This document shows positions 18,098 to 28,083 of a DNA stretch of 46,660 nt, piece by piece. Position 1 is the first letter of the stretch; every line of letters starts with the position of its first letter. Source of the DNA: a virus (Duplodnaviria > Caudoviricetes). The DNA lies in IMG/VR virus record IMGVR_UViG_3300047555_000001, positions 1 to 46,660 of that record. One strand, written 5' to 3'. The translations under genes and the position numbers were made by a program. The notes beneath the pieces were generated by a model, which was not told where the DNA came from, made no database searches, and worked only from the letters and a program-made list of their open reading frames with translations.

Positions 18098-19304
18098 GTT
18101 AACCCCACAAGGTTATAATTTAAAAACGCAAAACGAATGGTTCGATGAAGAGAAACAGCTTTATCTCGATATCGATCCACTGTGGAACCTTGACCCTTCT
18201 ACACCTGATGGTTTGAAACTGGCACATGATGCTGAGATATTCGGCTCGGTCGATGAGACATTACAGCAAGCGTATAACTCCAAAGACCCCAATAAAGCAA
18301 CATTCGTAGACCTTGACACTTTATGCGCTTTAACAGGTACAACGCGTGGCGAAGGTACGGCCGGCACAGTGTACCTCACGCTATCAGGTACAGCGGGTAC
18401 TCTCATTCCAGCCGGTCGACGTGTTGAATCTGTCGCCAATGGTTCGCGTTGGGTGACAGAACAGGCGTTCACTCTTGATTCCACTGGCTCGGCCACCGTG
18501 CCGGCTATCTGTGCAACAGTGGGGGTCATACAGGCTGATATAGGCACGATAACGCGTATCGTAGATAATGTGGGAGGATGGGTAAGCGTTACTAATCTTA
18601 CACCTGCCACAGTGGGGACGGATGTAGAGACTGATTCTACATTACGTGTCAAACGTGCAACAGCGGTAGGTCGCCCCGGCAATAACCAAATTGATTCAAT
18701 GTTGGGTGAACTGTTTGCGGTTAATGGTGTACGCCGTGTAAAAGTGTATGAGAATGATACGAATAGTGCAGCGGTGACGGTTGATAATCCGCATGGACTA
18801 CCCGCTCACTCTATCGCCCCTGTTATTGATGGTGGTATTGATACCGCTGTCGCGATGGCGATATACATCAAAAAGAACCCAGGTGTTTCATTGTACCAAG
18901 CGGGTACACCGGTGAGTGAAACAGTTGTATCACCCGTATATCCTACCAATTCAAAGTTAATCAAATTTAGTCGCCCTATTTATGTGGATATGGTGATTGC
19001 AATCACTTTGAAAAACGATGGTACTTTACCGGCTGATGTTGAATTACAAATCCAAAATGCGTTTATGGAATTTGCAGCGGGGGGGCTAGTTCCAGCCCAA
19101 TACGGGTTTAAGGTTCAAGGGTTTGATATTGGGGAAGATGTACCGTACAGCACGTTATTCACACCTATCAACCAAGTAATAGGGCAGTTCGGTAATAGCT
19201 ACGTGCAAACAATGACAGTGAACGGTACTACAGCTAATACTACGATCTCATATAACAAGTTGTCACGTTGGACAACTTCTAATATCACGGTGACTATCGT
19301 ATGA
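18090..19304 (+). CDS. baseplate J-like protein
   Basis: G.DVETDSTLRVKR, VYENDT, LPAHSI. Confidence 0.85.
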   Translation: MAELTPQGYNLKTQNEWFDEEKQLYLDIDPLWNLDPSTPDGLKLAHDAEIFGSVDETLQQAYNSKDPNKATFVDLDTLCALTGTTRGEGTAGTVYLTLSGTAGTLIPAGRRVESVANGSRWVTEQAFTLDSTGSATVPAICATVGVIQADIGTITRIVDNVGGWVSVTNLTPATVGTDVETDSTLRVKRATAVGRPGNNQIDSMLGELFAVNGVRRVKVYENDTNSAAVTVDNPHGLPAHSIAPVIDGGIDTAVAMAIYIKKNPGVSLYQAGTPVSETVVSPVYPTNSKLIKFSRPIYVDMVIAITLKNDGTLPADVELQIQNAFMEFAAGGLVPAQYGFKVQGFDIGEDVPYSTLFTPINQVIGQFGNSYVQTMTVNGTTANTTISYNKLSRWTTSNITVTIV

Positions 19305-19942
19305 ATGTTCCTGACCGCATATATGCTCAATATCGGACAAAACCCAAGGCTGTAGCATGGTACGCAATCACCCGCACCATGAGTGGGGCAATTATTGATA
19401 CCGCTGAACTGGTGCGGGTGATGTATGATATTGACAATGCAGCAGGGGAACAATTAAATATTATCGGTCGTATAGTGGTGGTCGACAGGTCATTTATCGC
19501 TGATATTGAATTATTCCCCGGCTTATTTGATTTAACAGACGGTGACCAGTTCGGTGATGACGAAGCTATGTTCAGCGGTTTAAGCGCCGGTGAAGATAGT
19601 CAAATGTCTGATGATTTATACCGATTAGCAATAAAAGCCAAAATTATAAAAAACAATGGCGACGCTACAATTGAATCTATTTTACAAGGTATGAACTTTC
19701 TATTACCTAATGCCGAAGTGCTAAGGGTGACGGACGGCGAGGACATGTCTTTTAGTATTGAATTTTATGGTAGTATAACAGAATTACAACGTTGGGCGCT
19801 TTTAAATGCTAACCTTATACCAAAACCTCAAGGTGTCAGATTTAACGGATTTCTTGAAGGTTATCAATATGTCGAATTTGGTGATGATGACGCTGAATTT
19901 GGTGATGAAACTGCCGAATTTGTCGGCTTCATAGGAGTTTAA
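19301..19942 (+). CDS. baseplate protein (DUF2612-like)
   Basis: QYRTKPK, DIDNAAGEQLNIIGRIV, PKPQGV. Confidence 0.75.
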   Translation: MNVPDRIYAQYRTKPKAVAWYAITRTMSGAIIDTAELVRVMYDIDNAAGEQLNIIGRIVVVDRSFIADIELFPGLFDLTDGDQFGDDEAMFSGLSAGEDSQMSDDLYRLAIKAKIIKNNGDATIESILQGMNFLLPNAEVLRVTDGEDMSFSIEFYGSITELQRWALLNANLIPKPQGVRFNGFLEGYQYVEFGDDDAEFGDETAEFVGFIGV

Positions 19943-19945
19943 TCA

Positions 19946-20839
19946 ATGGCTTTAAAACTTAATGAACGATACCCCGGTCGATTCAATTCACCGAATGCAC
20001 AGTATCCACAGGGTTCTTTTAAAAACCGTACAGCGCCGGGTGCTAAAGACGGTTCGTACCTCGAACAAGATTGGGCTAATGATGAGTTAGCATTTTTCTC
20101 ATCATTACTATCTGGTGCGAGTATCACCCCAAACGGCCAAGTGGATACAGTGGGAGCTAGTCAGTATTATACAGCATTGCAAAATATAGTAAAAAAGGCA
20201 GGGCTAGAGTTTAATAAAATCTTCACTTTTCTTGTATCAGGGGCAATTCCTTTATCACATTTAGGTGGTGAAATAGTTGTAAATGGTTCTGGTGATATAG
20301 CATTGAGCCTCCCAACAACAGTGGGTCTAGACCCCGGTCTGTATGGTAAACTTATTATTTTACTGAATGCCTCTTCAGGTGACGTAACACTTACTGCTGC
20401 GGGGGCTGATAGTATTACAGCCGGCGCAGATTCTGTATCTTCAATAGTAATTAAAAGCGGTGACAGAGCAATAATCTCCCTAGCGTCGGCAAACTTCTGG
20501 CACTTAATTGGCGGTGAGGCGTCGCTTAAATATTCCGGGTCATTTAAATTTTCAAATACCCAAAATGGATATCAGAAATTACCCACTGGAATGATTTTGC
20601 AGTGGGGTATCACAAATAACGCTTTAGTCAATCCACAAACTGTAAACCTACCCGTGGCTTTTCCCAATGTTGGCCTCGTAATTGTTGCTTCGGATGCGAG
20701 CGGTTCATATACGCCGACTACAGTGATTTCGATTTGCTCAGGTCGTTACCTTTCAAACAGCCAAATTCAGGTCGCAAGCGCATATCAATACAATGTGCTT
20801 GGCTCAGATTCCATCCAGTGGTTTGCAATAGGATACTAA
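19946..20839 (+). CDS. tail fiber protein
   Basis: YPQGSFKN N-terminus; NGYQKLPTGMILQWG...WFAIGY C-terminus. Confidence 0.85.
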   Translation: MALKLNERYPGRFNSPNAQYPQGSFKNRTAPGAKDGSYLEQDWANDELAFFSSLLSGASITPNGQVDTVGASQYYTALQNIVKKAGLEFNKIFTFLVSGAIPLSHLGGEIVVNGSGDIALSLPTTVGLDPGLYGKLIILLNASSGDVTLTAAGADSITAGADSVSSIVIKSGDRAIISLASANFWHLIGGEASLKYSGSFKFSNTQNGYQKLPTGMILQWGITNNALVNPQTVNLPVAFPNVGLVIVASDASGSYTPTTVISICSGRYLSNSQIQVASAYQYNVLGSDSIQWFAIGY

Positions 20840-20840
20840 A

Positions 20841-21242
20841 ATGAGATATTCGTCAAGCGCATCTGGGTTTTACCCAGAAGATATTGATTATGGCAGCAAT
20901 TCACCTAATGATCTGGTAACTATATCCCATGACCTTTACTTATCCCTGCTTGAAGGGCAGTCATCAGGCAAGGTCATAACAGCAGGAGATGACGGTATGC
21001 CATTCCTGGCCGATCCGCCAGCCCCGACTGCCGCCGAACTAGTTACGGCGGCAGAGAGAAAAAAAGTGTCGATATTACAAAGTATCAATGCAAAGACACA
21101 AATATGGCAGACTCAACTTGTGCTTGGAATGATTAGCGATATAGATAAAGCGACCCTAATCATCTGGATGAAGTACGCGCAAGCTATCTGCGCTATAGAC
21201 GCAAGTACTGCGCCAGATATTGAATGGCCTATAGCCCCCTAG
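20841..21242 (+). CDS. tail fiber assembly protein
   Basis: GFY, LLEGQSSGKVI, APDIEWP. Confidence 0.85.
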   Translation: MRYSSSASGFYPEDIDYGSNSPNDLVTISHDLYLSLLEGQSSGKVITAGDDGMPFLADPPAPTAAELVTAAERKKVSILQSINAKTQIWQTQLVLGMISDIDKATLIIWMKYAQAICAIDASTAPDIEWPIAP

Positions 21243-21251
21243 GGGGCTTTT
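21233..21251. terminator. palindromic hairpin containing both convergent stop codons
   Basis: AGCCCCCTAGGGGGCT followed by TTT. Confidence 0.65.
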
Positions 21252-21487
21252 GTTTTATACCAGTTCTGCCAACGTTCCAATGTATCCCGATCTTTGAGTA
21301 ATACCTCACCATTATATTTAATCACCGTGGCGGCTCGTTCAGGGTCGCCATTAGTCGCCATTAGTGGTGCAGGTACCGTGAGCATATCATTTGATACTGT
21401 CGGACATCCCAAGGGCAGCGTCGTAGAGTTCGAGCAGCCCGCTATCACGAACGCAGTCATGCACAACAACATTTTTAATCCTGTCAC
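21239..21487 (-). CDS. o-spanin (Rz1-like lipoprotein)
   Basis: Lipobox VIAGC; overlaps i-spanin 3' end. Confidence 0.75.
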   Translation of the reverse strand: MTGLKMLLCMTAFVIAGCSNSTTLPLGCPTVSNDMLTVPAPLMATNGDPERAATVIKYNGEVLLKDRDTLERWQNWYKTKAP

Positions 21488-21731
21488 GATATACCACCTC
21501 TTTTTTAATGACTGTTTCGGTTATGACTTGTTGCTTCTTGGATTGTTCAGTGATTAACGCCTGATCAGACTTGTCTAGTTTGGTCTGCAATTCGTCGCGT
21601 TGTTTATATGCTTTACTTAGTGATTCGGCTTGTTTGAGTCGTTCGGATGATACACCTGTAGACCTGCCGACGAGAAAGGAACTTGCTATAATCATCACTA
21701 TCGCTACGACAGCTACCAAATATTCTTTCAT
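21387..21731 (-). CDS. i-spanin (Rz-like)
   Basis: N-terminal TM segment, coiled coil, follows endolysin. Confidence 0.75.
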   Translation of the reverse strand: MKEYLVAVVAIVMIIASSFLVGRSTGVSSERLKQAESLSKAYKQRDELQTKLDKSDQALITEQSKKQQVITETVIKKEVVYRDRIKNVVVHDCVRDSGLLELYDAALGMSDSIK

Positions 21732-22285
21732 AGTGTCGCCCCGTCTGCGTCCATCGGTTTACTTCCTAACATGATAAGCGCCTGTTGAGGAGTGACTTTA
21801 CCAAGGCAGATATCTTGCTCAATCTGGCGACGCTTCCACACTCCACTGCAATTGTTCGACTTGATAGAGCAATCCAGCTTTTTACCATTCACGGTAACAA
21901 ATCGCCATTTGGGTAACTCCGCACAGGCTTTATCATATTGACCGGACTTGAGGTATTTCCACGCTGTCGAAGATGTGGCAGCGCCTGTACCAATATTATA
22001 TGTCCAGTCCAGCATAGCCAGGTGAACATTTTGAGGGAGTTCGTTCGGTAGCGATTCGAACGGTTTGTTATGTCGTGCGAGGGATTGCATCAACATATTA
22101 TTACATTGTTCGGATGTAGCTTTATCGCCCTTCTTTACACCGAGTGTTTCACCGTAACAGATGGTCCATACTTTGCCGGTATCGGGATATGCATCGGTTC
22201 GAAACCCTTCGAAACCGAATATCAATCCCATCGCTATACCTAATATCCCACCTGTACCGCCGATTAAAATATTTCTCTTTTGCAT
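21728..22285 (-). CDS. SAR endolysin (GH24 lysozyme)
   Basis: Gly-rich N-terminal anchor; EG-x7-D-x5-T (FEGFRTDAYPDTGKVWTICYG); likely start MQKRN at 22285. Confidence 0.9.
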   Translation of the reverse strand: MQKRNILIGGTGGILGIAMGLIFGFEGFRTDAYPDTGKVWTICYGETLGVKKGDKATSEQCNNMLMQSLARHNKPFESLPNELPQNVHLAMLDWTYNIGTGAATSSTAWKYLKSGQYDKACAELPKWRFVTVNGKKLDCSIKSNNCSGVWKRRQIEQDICLGKVTPQQALIMLGSKPMDADGATL

Positions 22286-22338
22286 AATGTCACCTTGTTG
22301 TACAATTCTAAAACACATTTTAACAGGAGTTAAATAGA

Positions 22339-22455
22339 ATGGCTAAGAAACCAGTACGTAAACCTGCAAAAGACGCTGGCGGTAACGGTAAGAGTAAAAC
22401 CCCTACATCTTCATCGGATGCCGGTGGTAAAGGTCGAGTTAAGCAAAAGGCATAG
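22339..22455 (+). CDS. 38-aa basic peptide
   Basis: AGGAG RBS; MAKKPVRKPAKDAGGNGKSKTPTSSSDAGGKGRVKQKA. Confidence 0.6.
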   Translation: MAKKPVRKPAKDAGGNGKSKTPTSSSDAGGKGRVKQKA

Positions 22456-22458
22456 CAT

Positions 22459-22905
22459 ATGACTGTCCTATCAATATTACTAACCATTGCTACTTGTATC
22501 AGACCATCGATAGCGGCTATTATGTTTACAGCCGTTACTGTGGTATTTAGTGTGTTATGGGATAGTCTGGACGGTATGCTTTATTATCCGGCGGCAGCAT
22601 TAGCAGATTTCACAGTGATACTCATGTTATCATTCTTCACAGTTACCCCCGTTATCATTAGATTGTTCTGGTTATCAATATTATCAGTTCTGTTCAATGC
22701 CGGTGGGTGGTTGCTGTGGTGGGCTTATATGCTGCCGACTGTTTACAATTGGTGTTTTGGGTTACTCTATACTGTCGCAATCATTGTGATATTACTAAGG
22801 AATGATACGGATGGACTACGGTTTATTAGACTATGTATCCGTCGGTTTAATCTTCATCGTAATAATATGTCGCGGGTTGCTGATGGTACAAAGGGCGGTA
22901 GATAA
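22459..22905 (+). CDS. multi-pass membrane protein
   Basis: Four or more hydrophobic segments. Confidence 0.7.
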   Translation: MTVLSILLTIATCIRPSIAAIMFTAVTVVFSVLWDSLDGMLYYPAAALADFTVILMLSFFTVTPVIIRLFWLSILSVLFNAGGWLLWWAYMLPTVYNWCFGLLYTVAIIVILLRNDTDGLRFIRLCIRRFNLHRNNMSRVADGTKGGR

Positions 22906-22907
22906 AT

Positions 22908-23150
22908 ATGAATTTACTAGACGGGCGAATAGGCGGCAGTGTCGCAACGGGGACGATCGGAAGCGGGATGGGGACATGGTTAGACGTGATCCCGAATGAG
23001 GTTGGTAAACTGGCAACTCTGGTCGGTATCATCCTTTCTATTACCCTCATCATTATGTACATTCGCAAAATGCGCCAAGAAGCACGTGAAAGTGATTTGA
23101 AATTAGAACTATTACGATTACAACTGGCAAAAGAAAAAAACCCGGTGTAG
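22908..23150 (+). CDS. putative holin
   Basis: 80 aa, TM segment, charged C-terminus, beside lysis genes. Confidence 0.55.
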   Translation: MNLLDGRIGGSVATGTIGSGMGTWLDVIPNEVGKLATLVGIILSITLIIMYIRKMRQEARESDLKLELLRLQLAKEKNPV

Positions 23151-23168
23151 TGCCGGGTTTGCTTATCG

Positions 23169-23390
23169 TTAGACTGAGTTGTTCATTTTATCTTTACATT
23201 CATCAAAGATAGTTGAGTGATAAGGTAAATCTGAATAAGAAACAGTCCTACAAAAGCAAAGTCTCTTTTTATTATCACGTGAATGCCACCGCCAAACACA
23301 TGTAAACCCCCCATCATCGGTGTCTTTTATTGTCAATTCAGCAGATGGGTTTGCTGCTTTTGCAGCATCAAGAATATCACCGATAATCAT
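23169..23390 (-). CDS. hypothetical protein
   Basis: 73 aa, end of minus-strand island. Confidence 0.6.
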   Translation of the reverse strand: MIIGDILDAAKAANPSAELTIKDTDDGGFTCVWRWHSRDNKKRLCFCRTVSYSDLPYHSTIFDECKDKMNNSV

Positions 23391-23391
23391 C

Positions 23392-23733
23392 TCACTTCAC
23401 CTCTTTGCAGTTGTCCATGTACGCCCAAGTATCACCCGTATTGTTACTGAACTGGTATGTCCCTTCGCGTTTAATGAAAATGGTGTTACCCATTATAGAA
23501 CGCTGAATACCGGGTTTAATTGTCATCAGCATTGGCACAACTTGGTCGTTGTAAATCAATTGAAAACGTGAACCATTATCCGATATGAGAACCGGCTCTG
23601 ACGCGGTATCAAGTGTCTTAGTTGGTTCGCCATCTATCGCTGCAATCACATAACCCTGACATACTTTAGTGAATACTTTTGCATGTGCTGGTAATGCGGC
23701 GGCAACAAGCGCCAGTACTATAATACGTTTCAT
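23392..23733 (-). CDS. exported protein with signal peptide
   Basis: MKRIIVLALVAAALPAHA; ATGA-coupled to copy C. Confidence 0.7.
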   Translation of the reverse strand: MKRIIVLALVAAALPAHAKVFTKVCQGYVIAAIDGEPTKTLDTASEPVLISDNGSRFQLIYNDQVVPMLMTIKPGIQRSIMGNTIFIKREGTYQFSNNTGDTWAYMDNCKEVK

Positions 23734-24341
23734 GATAACATTTCTTTCAGTTTAGCAACCTGAGCCTGTCGAGCAGCATCAGCAGCAGCACAAGCAGCAT
23801 CAGCAGCAGCAGCATAATCAGCACGTCTGGCAGCATAAGCAGCACATCTGGCAGCATCAGCAGCACGTCTGGCAGCATAATCAGCACAAACAGCACAAGC
23901 AGCATCAACAGCAGCATAATCAGCAGCATCAACAGCATAATCAACAGCAGCACAAGCAGCACAAGCAGCACAAGCAGCATCAGCAGCATCAGCAGCAGCA
24001 TCAGCAGCATAAGCAGCATAATCAACAGCACGGCTGGTAACGATTAATTCATCTTTCGTAGCTTTACCGTCTAAATACTGTTCGACTACATCAAGCGCCT
24101 TCTTACTGTCTTCGGTTTCCACTTGGCGAGCACACCAGAGAGCGAAACGTTGAGGGATTTCTTTATTATCTATAGCTCCGAAGCACCATAAAGTGTCTGC
24201 AAGGTCGTTCGACTCTAATACGCTTGAGAGTGGGAACGGCGTATCCATTCCTAAATGCTCATGGGCCTTGAGTACCTTCTTCCATCCGTCAGTACACGGT
24301 TGCGCTTTGCGGATTTGATTTAATGTAATATATACGGTCAT
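23730..24341 (-). CDS. triplicated Ala-rich protein, copy C
   Basis: 203 aa; A/D/Y/C/V/R tract. Confidence 0.9.
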   Translation of the reverse strand: MTVYITLNQIRKAQPCTDGWKKVLKAHEHLGMDTPFPLSSVLESNDLADTLWCFGAIDNKEIPQRFALWCARQVETEDSKKALDVVEQYLDGKATKDELIVTSRAVDYAAYAADAAADAADAACAACAACAAVDYAVDAADYAAVDAACAVCADYAARRAADAARCAAYAARRADYAAAADAACAAADAARQAQVAKLKEMLS

Positions 24342-24372
24342 TTTGCTTTCTCTCTGTTTGGTTGATGGAATG

Positions 24373-24445
24373 ACTATAAATCACTTTGACGGACTGGTCA
24401 ACACTTAATTATCAAGTTGACGGACTGGTCAACATCGTATAGGCT
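24373..24445. promoter_or_regulatory. back-to-back palindrome promoters
   Basis: Palindromes 24386-24401 (minus TTGACC-17-TATAGT) and 24417-24432 (plus TTGACG-17-TAGGCT). Confidence 0.75.
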
Positions 24446-24465
24446 TACACATATTAACCGGACAG

Positions 24466-24648
24466 ATGGGAGCAAAACAAATGACAACCACCTTAACCTT
24501 CGATACCAAAACAACCATCTTAGATGTCATGACGGCGCTTGCGATAAAGCGTGAAGAACTGATGTCAACGCATAACGTGAGCAATGCGGTAATGACATAT
24601 AAAGATGGTCAAGCCTGTTTCACCCTTCAGTGTGTGGAGCGCAAATGA
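24466..24648 (+). CDS. hypothetical protein (likely start 24481)
   Basis: GGGAG before ATG 24481. Confidence 0.55.
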   Translation: MGAKQMTTTLTFDTKTTILDVMTALAIKREELMSTHNVSNAVMTYKDGQACFTLQCVERK

Positions 24649-24833
24649 TAATAATTAAACATCTTATCCGACCCTCTTACGGCTGGTATAAATCAACGAG
24701 TAAGAAAGATAAATATTACATTGAAGGGGTTAGCGTACCCCCTTACATTGCACAAAAATTGATACGCAAAGCCCGATGTGTGGAATCTAACGCACAGCGG
24801 AAAATGTACGAACTGACGAGTATGAAACCCTAA
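24645..24833 (+). CDS. hypothetical protein
   Basis: ATGA overlap, GGAG RBS. Confidence 0.55.
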   Translation: MIIIKHLIRPSYGWYKSTSKKDKYYIEGVSVPPYIAQKLIRKARCVESNAQRKMYELTSMKP

Positions 24834-24891
24834 TAGACAACACAAGTCACTTCGTGTATAAGATATACGTATGTAATTTAGAGGATATGAC

Positions 24892-25545
24892 ATGGCTAAC
24901 AAACGAAGGGATATAACCGGAGAAGTATTTGGAAAACTTACAGCTATAGCCCCTATACGACCTGATGGTGCAGGGCGTTGGGTATGGTTATTCAAGTGTG
25001 AATGTGGCCAATTGGTCGAACGTAATTCATATCGAGTTATTTCTAGCAAACGACTAAATAGCACTCCACACTGCGGATGTTCCCCATCGCTTAAAACCCA
25101 CGGTCTGAGTAACGAGTTTAAAAAACTCAATTGGGTATGGGTATCAATGAAACAACGGTGCAATAACACAACATGTAAAGATTACGCAAGATATGGCGCG
25201 CGAGGAATAAAAGTTTGCAATGAATGGTTAGATTTTAAAAACTTTCACAGTTGGGCAATGTCATCAGGGTACAAAAAAAATGTAACCATAGAAAGAATTG
25301 ATGTAAATAAAGGTTATCACCCTGATAATTGTACTTGGATTGAAAATGAAAAACAGGCATTGAATAGAGAACATACTGTAAAGTTTGATTACAAAGGTAG
25401 CCGTTATACAATTAGAGAACTATCTCAACTTGCGGGTATTAGTTACTATACGATGAAAGGCCGTCTTATGAATTACGGGTGGAATACAGAACGAGCCGTA
25501 AACGAACCTGCATTCAAAGGTAAGAATAAAACTTATAAAGGTTAA
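24892..25545 (+). CDS. HNH-type homing endonuclease
   Basis: FGKLT, CECG, MKQRC, YGARGIKVC.EW, TIERIDVNKGYHPDNC.W. Confidence 0.85.
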   Translation: MANKRRDITGEVFGKLTAIAPIRPDGAGRWVWLFKCECGQLVERNSYRVISSKRLNSTPHCGCSPSLKTHGLSNEFKKLNWVWVSMKQRCNNTTCKDYARYGARGIKVCNEWLDFKNFHSWAMSSGYKKNVTIERIDVNKGYHPDNCTWIENEKQALNREHTVKFDYKGSRYTIRELSQLAGISYYTMKGRLMNYGWNTERAVNEPAFKGKNKTYKG

Positions 25546-25550
25546 TTCAA

Positions 25551-27215
25551 ATGTTAATAATGCGACCCTATCAACAAAAAGCCATAGATGATGTTTACAC
25601 TCAGTGGGACACATTTAAAAAACAATTTGTGGCATTAGTAATGCCTACAGGGTCAGGTAAAGCAGCATGTCTATGTAATATAGCGAAAAGTGAAGCTGCA
25701 AGAGGACAAACTGTTTTAATCACAGCACATAGGCAAGAATTAATTACACAGTTGAGCAATACACTAGCTCGAAATGGAGTATTTCATAGTGTTATAGCAT
25801 CTAAAAATACAATAAAAAATACAGTTCGTGTACATATGGAAGACCACGGTAAGAATTTTTGTATTCCTAATTCAAGAATAATAGTGGCATCCGTCCAATC
25901 TGTTAAACCTGAAGATATGGCGCGATTAATTCCATTGAAGGATAGACTAACGATTATTGGTGACGAATATCACCATTATACTAAGCAATCACAGACATGG
26001 GGTAAAATTTTTACTCCCCTCGATAAAGCCGGTGCACGGGGGCTTGGGCTGACAGCAACACCTTTGAGAGCTGACGGAAAAGGTTTATCACGTGAAACTG
26101 ATGGGTATGCCGATGCTATTGTAATTGGGCCTACGATGCGAGACCTCATTAACATGGGGTTTCTCAGCGATTATAAAATTTATTGCCCCCCATCAGATTT
26201 ACACCTCGAACGAGTTAAAATAAGTCAAAGTACAGGTGAATATGCAGAAAAAGAGTTAAAGGAAGAAATAGGAAAATCGCAAATTGTCGGAGATATAGTT
26301 AACCATTATTTAAGATTTGCACCGGGAAAAAGAGGTATTACATTTACTGTTGGTGTAGATATGGCAGAGCAAGTTGCCGAACAATATCGGATGCGGGGAG
26401 TACCTGCAATAGCAGTATCGGGAAATATGTCAGACCATGATCGGGTGCAAGCATTACGTGATTTAAGAAGTGGAAAAATATTACAAGTGGTAAACGATAG
26501 TGTATTGACAGAAGGTACAGACGAGCCAAGTGTGGAAGTTATATCCTTTGCGCGGCCAACTCAAAGTTTTGGCTTATACTGTCAGATGTTTGGGAGAGGT
26601 ACTCGTATATCACCAAATACCGGTAAAACTCACGCTATAATTATCGATGCCGTATCTAATGTCATGCGTCATGGACTACCGGATGCACCTCGCGAGTGGT
26701 CACTTGACAGACGCGAACGCCGTAGCGCTGGTAAAAGCGATGCGGAAACAGTACGCACCTGTCAAGAATGCACTGCCGTATACGAACGTTATCTCGATGC
26801 TTGTCCATTCTGTGGTGAACCTGTACCCACACCTGCCATTCGTTCCGGTCCTGAATTTGTAGACGGTGATTTGTATGAACTGACTGCCGAAGTGTTAGCG
26901 CAGTTGCGAGGTGCTGTGGCCCGTGTCGATATGTCACCTCAAGATTACCGTGACCAGTTAGCACGGCAAGGCGTCCCGCAAATCGGTATCATGGCGAACG
27001 TTAAGCGACATGTGACACGCCAGGAGACAGTGAGTGTACTACGAGACACAATGGCACAGTGGGGCGGTTGGGAACGTGCTAGGGGATTATCGGATAAAGA
27101 AATATTCCGCAAGTTTTATCTTACCTACGGCGTGGATTGGTTGACTGCTCAAGCGAGTAAAACCGATGGCGCTTTATCATTAATTGAAAAATTGAACAAG
27201 GATATGCCCGTATAA
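25551..27215 (+). CDS. SF2 DNA helicase with C-terminal Zn-binding region
   Basis: RPYQ, PTGSGK, DEYHH, TATP, QMFGRGTR; CxxC..CxxC. Confidence 0.9.
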   Translation: MLIMRPYQQKAIDDVYTQWDTFKKQFVALVMPTGSGKAACLCNIAKSEAARGQTVLITAHRQELITQLSNTLARNGVFHSVIASKNTIKNTVRVHMEDHGKNFCIPNSRIIVASVQSVKPEDMARLIPLKDRLTIIGDEYHHYTKQSQTWGKIFTPLDKAGARGLGLTATPLRADGKGLSRETDGYADAIVIGPTMRDLINMGFLSDYKIYCPPSDLHLERVKISQSTGEYAEKELKEEIGKSQIVGDIVNHYLRFAPGKRGITFTVGVDMAEQVAEQYRMRGVPAIAVSGNMSDHDRVQALRDLRSGKILQVVNDSVLTEGTDEPSVEVISFARPTQSFGLYCQMFGRGTRISPNTGKTHAIIIDAVSNVMRHGLPDAPREWSLDRRERRSAGKSDAETVRTCQECTAVYERYLDACPFCGEPVPTPAIRSGPEFVDGDLYELTAEVLAQLRGAVARVDMSPQDYRDQLARQGVPQIGIMANVKRHVTRQETVSVLRDTMAQWGGWERARGLSDKEIFRKFYLTYGVDWLTAQASKTDGALSLIEKLNKDMPV

Positions 27216-27334
27216 TGAGTAATTCAGAATGGTGTGAACATATGAAAGATAACGCGCCGGACGGTGAGACAGCGTATCATTATCATCAGCTTGCAGAACT
27301 GTGGCGCAAACGTGAAGAGGAAGCGGGGAAATGA
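27215..27334 (+). CDS. small hypothetical protein (39 aa)
   Basis: TAATG and ATGA overlaps with both neighbours. Confidence 0.5.
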   Translation: MSNSEWCEHMKDNAPDGETAYHYHQLAELWRKREEEAGK

Positions 27335-27543
27335 ATATTAAGAGGCCCGTTATGACAGATACGCAAGAGACAATCGGTTATCCGGGGAACAGGCAACTTC
27401 CCGACTCGTACATGTGGGTTAATGTAGTGACATATAAAAAACAAAAAGGCCGTGCGTACTGGAGTGGTAATAGGTGGGTTACAGATGGTACGTGGAGAAT
27501 AAACAGTTACGGTTCAGACCGCATATATAAGTGGTGGTTATAA
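27331..27543 (+). CDS. hypothetical protein
   Basis: 70 aa, coupled ends. Confidence 0.55.
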   Translation: MNIKRPVMTDTQETIGYPGNRQLPDSYMWVNVVTYKKQKGRAYWSGNRWVTDGTWRINSYGSDRIYKWWL

Positions 27544-28022
27544 TGACCAATATTATACAGTGGGCTATTCGTCATGGTGTGTCACATATAGCGCTGGCTG
27601 AGTTGCGCCAGTTGATGGGTGTTGATAAGTCGACAGATGTAGCGAGTGATAATGGTAAGTCTGAAGCGGCGGTTCAAACGGCTGTACGCCTTGAAGCGTC
27701 GCGAGTTGGTGCAAGACTGTGGCGTCAGAACGTGGGAGCCTGTAAAGACGATACAGGGCGCATGATACGTTACGGGTTATGTAACGATTCGGCGGCACTC
27801 AATAAGCGTATCAAGTCCTCGGATTTAGTGGGTATTCGCCCCGTTACCATCACTCCTGATATGGTCGGTCATACTATCGGACAGTTTATTGCACGCGAGA
27901 TTAAAAAACCGTCATGGTATTACACTGGTACTGATAGAGAGAAAGCACAGTTGGCATTCGGTGAACTGGTTATCAGCTTGGGTGGTGATTTCGCATTTGC
28001 TAATTCAGAGGGGACGTTATGA
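27543..28022 (+). CDS. VRR-NUC nuclease / resolvase
   Basis: SEAAVQ, LWRQNVG, SSDLVG, REIKK. Confidence 0.8.
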   Translation: MTNIIQWAIRHGVSHIALAELRQLMGVDKSTDVASDNGKSEAAVQTAVRLEASRVGARLWRQNVGACKDDTGRMIRYGLCNDSAALNKRIKSSDLVGIRPVTITPDMVGHTIGQFIAREIKKPSWYYTGTDREKAQLAFGELVISLGGDFAFANSEGTL

Positions 28023-28024
28023 GA

Positions 28025-28053
28025 TTGACAAGTCCGTCAACGCATGACACACT
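28025..28053 (+). promoter_or_regulatory. palindrome-containing promoter upstream of TetR-like gene
   Basis: TTGAC-AAGTCC-GTCAA; TTGACA-17-CACACT with TG extension. Confidence 0.65.
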
Positions 28054-28083
28054 GGCGCAATATAACAATGACGGAATAGAAAA

